A stretch of 64,000 nucleotides of DNA, taken from IMG/VR virus record IMGVR_UViG_3300045972_000146, positions 1-64,000 of that record. The stretch is one strand, 5' to 3'. Below, piece by piece: positions 61,901 to 64,000 of this stretch. Position numbers and translations under genes: made by a program. Position 1 is the stretch's first letter; every line of letters begins with the position of its first letter. Source of the DNA: a virus. The notes below the pieces were generated by a model. It did not search any database, was not told the origin of the DNA, and saw only the letters and a list, made by a program, of their open reading frames with translations.

Positions 61901-63565
61901 TGCTTCTGATTCTCTAGATTTAACAGAAAGATACGCATTAGACATTGCTTTTGCAACGTTGCCAGAATTTATAAGAAGGTAATCTGATATAGGTCTAGTT
62001 CCAGCTGCAGATAAAAGTCCTCCAGTAGCTTTGTTGATAGCCCATGTAGCGGCCATATTACCAATCATCCCAACAGCCATAGAAGATGAAGCTCCAACGC
62101 TTTGGAACGTACTTGCCAGTTCTGGATATTCTCTGTTTATTTCTTCATCAGGAGCTATTGTTCTATCCTTTGCCCATTGAAAATAAGATGCGTACCTTTC
62201 ATTCGATTTTGCATCATCATACATCGCTTTTGTAGCTTCAGAATGCCATTTATTTCCAGCGGAAGTGTTATTTATATTCTTTCCGGCTAAAACATCATCT
62301 AAATTAGGCAATTTGTCCTTGAATTGGCCAGATGCCTTAGACCAATTTACTATATCATCTCCTAGAATACCATTAATTTCTTGCAGATCGTCCGGAATTT
62401 CATTATCATTCAGCTTTCTCCAACCTAAATTTTGATTTACCGCTTCGGAATTTGAATACATTCCATACGCAGAGCCTAGAGCTCCAGCAGCCCGAGGAAT
62501 ATAACTAGCAGCGCCTGGCAACATCATTGCTATTGACATTGGAGTTATAGTCTTTTCAGATAAAAAATTAGCATGATCAAATACGTATGATCCGATTCCT
62601 TCTTTATTTACAATTCTAGACGCGGCCTCAGTTCTATCTCTAAGTATAGATTCATCTATATCTTTTTGAGAGTTCTGAAAGAATCTACTTTTTGGATCTA
62701 AATCGCCAAAGACAGATCTAAGCGGGTTTTCTATATCTCCAAGTATTCTAGATGGATTTTTCGCCCATGAATTTAAAATTGTTGGAGCAGACTGCAATGT
62801 ATTAGCGGTTGCGTCAACCCAATCTGCCTTTTCTACAGAGTTATTTATTATATTTTTCTTTAGATCTTCTTTGTATTTCAACTCACTATCTGGAGCTGCA
62901 GGAGCGGAGTAACTAAACCCAGCCTGAGATAACTTTAATGCCTTAATAGGATCATATGTAGCATTCTCATCAGAAAGATTTCTCTGTTTCCTTTGTGGTG
63001 CTTCGTATCCAAAGTATGTCTCATTTTGCTTTTCTTTATATAGATTTATAAGTCTATATGCGTCTGGATTAGATGCATTGGCATTAAGATTATCTGCCGC
63101 ATGAAGATATGGAGTTATCTCATTTCTAGTCTTTTGCTCAAACCAAGTTAGTCCGGTATTATACACCCCGGCAAATACATTCAATGCAGAGTTTCCAGAC
63201 AGATCAAATATAGTTCTATCTTTTTTTGGTTGTTCTGGCTGAATAGGAGAGTTTGAATTGTCACTTTTTACTGGCTTTTCATTTCTCCTTAGTTCTGGAT
63301 TAGCAGTATCCACGTAAGATGGAGATGGCTGGCTTTCATTAAAAACAGAATCGCTACTAACTATATCTGGTCTTTCCGGATGGTCAGTAGGTGTTTGTTT
63401 TTTTTGTACAGATTCTTGTGCGGGTTGAACCGTCCTATCAAGTCTATTATACATTTCTTGTTCTTTGTAGGGGCGATTAGAAATAGCAGAGGTCGGAGCT
63501 ATGTCCGACCATCTCATACTACCGCTATTTAGCGCGGCCCTAATATCATTTTTATTTATTTCCAT
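49964..63565 (-). CDS. Virion-packaged single-chain two-barrel RNA polymerase with zincin-like domain
   Basis: 4533 aa; catalytic GSDFDIDK preceded by YRIPTQ; VDVAKD; KTKRL and K/KM motifs on the beta-like side; FHEAYH zincin motif. Confidence 0.92.
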   Translation of the reverse strand: MEINKNDIRAALNSGSMRWSDIAPTSAISNRPYKEQEMYNRLDRTVQPAQESVQKKQTPTDHPERPDIVSSDSVFNESQPSPSYVDTANPELRRNEKPVKSDNSNSPIQPEQPKKDRTIFDLSGNSALNVFAGVYNTGLTWFEQKTRNEITPYLHAADNLNANASNPDAYRLINLYKEKQNETYFGYEAPQRKQRNLSDENATYDPIKALKLSQAGFSYSAPAAPDSELKYKEDLKKNIINNSVEKADWVDATANTLQSAPTILNSWAKNPSRILGDIENPLRSVFGDLDPKSRFFQNSQKDIDESILRDRTEAASRIVNKEGIGSYVFDHANFLSEKTITPMSIAMMLPGAASYIPRAAGALGSAYGMYSNSEAVNQNLGWRKLNDNEIPDDLQEINGILGDDIVNWSKASGQFKDKLPNLDDVLAGKNINNTSAGNKWHSEATKAMYDDAKSNERYASYFQWAKDRTIAPDEEINREYPELASTFQSVGASSSMAVGMIGNMAATWAINKATGGLLSAAGTRPISDYLLINSGNVAKAMSNAYLSVKSRESEAYSQAIQSYDKRFSENLNSKLGLDVFDGDKFDDNKLLGLVDRNKSLAQFANSDTKNISNEMASGVVGNYDNAVAELTKNGALSKETRGKLISDIKSGFLKTSVDKEISAARNHANEGMDEYLRRYMGLLPIDMLENAYISMPFNKLKIANANKFDKSLFGSVNRTSEMVTDYITESKLGRMGSSVSNFKVGKVRIGAAPEFVGRTAKKMVVAGLTEAFLEENPQQLIQERYEDGSGNKNSANFIDVLKNTAGSASSAAMALIGVGDDARYQQKIWDNFKNVIVTTGIHTSMMGSIGVVKEMQDSQKDQKAKAFVKANVLTQMQANDRLNKTNVYVDKQIQGKEANVINYLEKLAQNPPEGISHEDIKEELAIAKKTMLVANSKTVLGYANRAGGVGSENHKLLTSLIMDHENSAKQEVINGVISASDYVNIKNEEFANHPINDFLDKHNLSHPDNQISDQSKKDIFDAIASVKALDAINFTAKATNEFTRRKLENLNESLDTRREKAARTLHDALFASGLTEATRDANVTFSSVKQELADLEIPDIENRIVEPLGLSHIAAISSNYESWMKDNLTNSPVDKVNKLSKRDHDIYVDKILDMYRESRKTENEIERTKEAVDQVKAEKIDIQPVAPTYESSSDPIGETAETVEAEKPWHETIPEHKITPVETVGGYTGNADLVGEDMEDDGFVFDRPDIQPEESIADDADKLISELEKATLVEEAAEEESPEKTAAESNTESNQKAIDSIKDTDEINDILDDDDSAAINELADITPAIIATESIKHDRISRTLFADIKLPHVKAFLMNPEAFKSAKVRIVVNRHHNGTVAVYTIPAGTNRDGGKNTITGEDYSAPNNFDITNPSTWDNAYIKVEVKYMDGKIEKTIPFNIKNPGEREFVTEDNGIKKYSTDEVQALRDFRNSIIAEQAKVSADNSLELRMVNGFERGISKLALNRDKNDRAVQRGLHEVVGLIDESDPNKLGVHNLVMAYGRGEKGGNLVVSLYESVGVSNSENAGSIFITKPDPINPTGEVKIKVNKKKVGLDSGTAELIYKLAVELGGSTARQISLNEKGEVIAINSTSPFGLTPAALLHRIVNFGEGTHVGEDGKDFLKQKQFYIASGILYYGENKVPLVTINDTQKADILRYINENLTWGIDKNDLWNSETNSDNLVSDLFPGLKSHLDHSDKNSVKFAPGVEFTKEDMDITWTAWLVKNNKITSDLADGVFEPPFLFMTDVKSVAKGSENIVSVPGGAYNTSSTQQKIDAENERYETALKAGIVGSGAKLNHENILNEIATESSIQDIASDQTETSAEIANEIVEKTEAPAKPLSFFDDFGAPRLIDVNNMPSNTIDEDKAVEFLRKKLGGKFDINIVSDVISLSNGDFAQGLTKRRSIDIFDLAQEGTEFHEAYHRASLLLISRKRRMSIYDNIRKNEIAFENATDSEIEEFLAERFRDRLLTNNVDTKNGSLINNVFRRIYNAFDAYKNFTDKDIERLYRDIELGVLRTKGINRKSAYEFSEKYEEGAAKRFRDSGLTSLKTVEAKDRLINSLTYYLFRLNDIETIDNIENLDYNKLKSSILATAEGYKGNPEEENKYKLFQEVYDKFDSYFLPEIKKSVKNTGITERTEKVSDIDEEIVSKEAASHDKASYEISKRDNIRAEVKFFIRNIPESEMVNNTPMAKTDPLSGLPSFVEFELAWNTMVYELHKENTVDGMKAKIADLATTKNNPFFIMLERRLSKMNDNFLTKFWNTMYSHRHDYINTVYNAKSAKEGSEYEKSIRNISSNIDRAERELPMFWGQNMLSDGMIYSMTEEGRVFNKANAIQIKQHYDELAAIVNKSMSVEDSNKALSAFTSLLNKVAIDVDAETMDFIINNKYQGLSRQQAVSAIIKDYKSTAKIFTTILPQIIKSNGEKGNVKLKDVTPKVLLGGENSIKEYALAYAKVHPNANEVMTYGADGATLYQISSRNTVTDVIDRVSDDKEYLKSLLSVPINQGSILFKQAAGKSFKGISFGTFVKIYEEGVADQGRDYFDISPLEDYTIKMSNLLSSNIALPAMADKKTYGFIFGVKMPNMISTTANAQRMTWFNNKISYPKEAVDIFDGYYKAEFNAIKQAWQQVKDAQGNKKLLIENYHYAGPKSTKWAAGHGNGLRFRYMDSLYVHSTTPGDEYNGLIDLNAYIDKVVATRGPQVGYDAAMDEAIDRLDKKFFSENYENRSKMISSTITSATKSEMDYALSIGLIGKNVNSYTATMDNPAKGVKIGDIVTSTSYYNKSIDQAIYNANLAIYKAAGISDENADMVTIANILSNTAINSVISEFETDKLISKDLAYYANSDDKTKRLSSVLSTGTALRNSFPEGHVLHGISSFNVAELNDSKVISTELSDIKDRSYAAQVNRLMQQSGSAVVSDLYDIYSDKSRKEELDALKTDYPKQFALAEALVDKQSKAYENVNVTDATVYVSPYMYRSMLTRLGEDYFTKDMDEAFNLMESNDMSWMNDPEKYAKVADLALHPLKMVYFGESFYDGLNVPKLDKMAMFLLPKFMATGDLKVLYDKMNKKRSDGSHDISSVDMAAFSTAVKVGNDNPVSVHIDKAESALSDLKDLKSSPQSFDYLRHQLPTEPHEGAEMSIATQVQKASMGNIVPTDVYENITINGQKGATGQQLIEEWNGAMSELSDRGKLEVEKQFGLKLDPESGTYNFNTKNMYDFLAKEAENSNMPSDVSEILSEFDEKNPTANPLQALVDNAFVESKILSSILKKTVDIKAPGGMFIQMTPFGLKHSDDSSAAYKLNGGKKLRFLNPDGSMDCVVSVNIFKDILPSTLKTHEEKVNWLKTNNIIGENSAPSAMGYRIPTQGLSSISGLKITDVLPEFMGDTVILPYEFTALTGSDFDIDKLYITRYNYSKNKETGEVFKSTMNDSKENKWKQNSTKAIQNRFIDVMMAVITNPNSTNETRIPLDAVTDQVKETLATIDKYNSEGKEFEAFSKSRLSYESKKKLEYSGGKQGIPTFALAGVNHVLSQISKLRFKPKGVAKKFMIDNVGKIYAQDGSRILDWLSAMVNAHVDVAKDPYIIRMGVNANTYKMVALLLRSGYGAKTFLFLSQPVFRDVYKTMDSKGSEYLSGIRNAKKTTIEQEIEKLIPIYKKEAESLAKNSHDVGQLNALYTKDKNGKQIVNNEDAFMEHTLVNGLSRKNKNFDYYYSQLVALETFKELSPYAGALSELVKYSQVDTKKAGNSFNSQRLFFNKVKEMIKAKGLFANLPEYFNNTFIYAKLKNSAGLAENLSQGILFRTTRSVEKSANTILQAMGRDTQDNRDMIMKVNKYIDSKLKSTFFDKLAEDRGVDVPGLFFGKETLAKRLFSIQQRFPNEVKDNYFLRGMSTEMYSPFEAERPDHIRPRNNNTNEPGLTEKLKQHFSSLLVSDNTEIKKFAEDFILYQFYSTGDNHASNTVKISEYDRRDLGYYDFVREKLSELASTDNDALSSKDLSDIFINRWYDNELVPSIEHYTTESDIEINDGKPYKRYMPSIDSTKRINGLEYPLAFVHDTATPLFGKDMDGVRDSHFAPFVKIQMFPQEETPFYVLYKLIGDVPTGKEKSPYNPLYIAIDKLGSRKDALSVVEHNATRSMIKDNILPQSLAGVNKITDQDYTKAMFDSGMGWDGKKFTNQEGTFAHMMNTRVPIADIFGYNREKFDYGQDYDMSVSDNTLKESVANAIEKAISTGDYSMETLENAVTEFGHPNEAQFKAAEHMYTKVILERSDEVKPIFDENVSIDTDNALEELKTRLEAYLQPIMDDSSEYSGYFDKKEEQMPDSNVQTEATWSEESMSSASETQEELSTEQTSPIQEHIQRANISELQDKIATLEDELDEKLDEMEDISEDDADQIKITNDEIKAIKSEINSLKSQITNTHMSNLLPTNQDNQEAIAKNVEDVNKFRAEQGLNKKTVEELWATYRFKIERKTPGTTMSDIMKVSDEIGLSNLEDYLKKCY

Positions 63566-63589
63566 TAGAACTGTATTTGTTTTTTTTAT

Positions 63590-64000
63590 TTATTCTTCTC
63601 CAGACTCTGAAATAGTGGTAGATTGTTCTGATCCGCTTCTAGAATTTCCTTGATAATATTCTTTTCCTTGTCTATGTACTATGGATGCATTTATTGATCT
63701 ATCTTGCATTTCTGTATTATCTCCAGATCCTCCCATGTAAGTTGGAATTGGTATATATTCTTTCTTAACACTTGCACTAGCCGCTCCGCCAGTAGAAGTT
63801 TCTATCGCCTCTTTATCTTTAGTTACTATATTTTCTGATCCATAAAGAGATTTAAGTACTCTGTATTGATCAATAGTTAATTCATCAGCAGGAACATAAT
63901 ACGCAGAAGAGTGAATACTTCCACCGCCTGTTATAAGAGAGCTAGTTCCAGGTACTGCAAATCCTTTTTTGTCATAATATCCATTCTTCAAGTTATTTGT
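63590..64000 (-). CDS. C-terminal part of a virion protein, start outside the window
   Basis: The frame is open to the window edge. Confidence 0.6.
   Translation of the reverse strand, partial: TNNLKNGYYDKKGFAVPGTSSLITGGGSIHSSAYYVPADELTIDQYRVLKSLYGSENIVTKDKEAIETSTGGAASASVKKEYIPIPTYMGGSGDNTEMQDRSINASIVHRQGKEYYQGNSRSGSEQSTTISESGEE

Overview
A 64 kb segment of a crAss-like (Crassvirales-type, probably Bacteroidota-infecting) phage genome that reads in the standard genetic code. It has three blocks. (1) A leftward late block, 1-12.5 kb: portal, terminase large subunit with an intein, two resolvase-like nucleases, a degenerate dUTPase, HU/IHF-like, RNase H and GroES-like genes, preceded by AAC-N16-CGTT promoters. 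(2) A rightward early/middle block, 12.7-43.4 kb: a 31-bp repeated promoter-like motif, many small orphan genes, amidoligase, metallophosphoesterase, an ECF sigma factor, DnaB helicase, Sak4-like ATPase, SSB, primase, a MoxR-vWA pair and a PD-(D/E)XK exonuclease, with no recognisable DNA polymerase. (3) A leftward block, 43.5-64 kb, of giant virion proteins including a 4533-aa virion RNA polymerase. The most striking content is non-coding. Two very long stretches without credible ORFs (17.9-19.3 kb and 29.9-31.9 kb) are full of long-range complementary helices and look like giant structured RNAs. There is also a circularly permuted two-piece tmRNA with a tRNA-like element in its intervening segment, several pseudoknotted small RNA candidates, two tRNAs and several tRNA-like mini-elements. 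All assignments come from reading motifs and base-pairing by eye; no searches were run.
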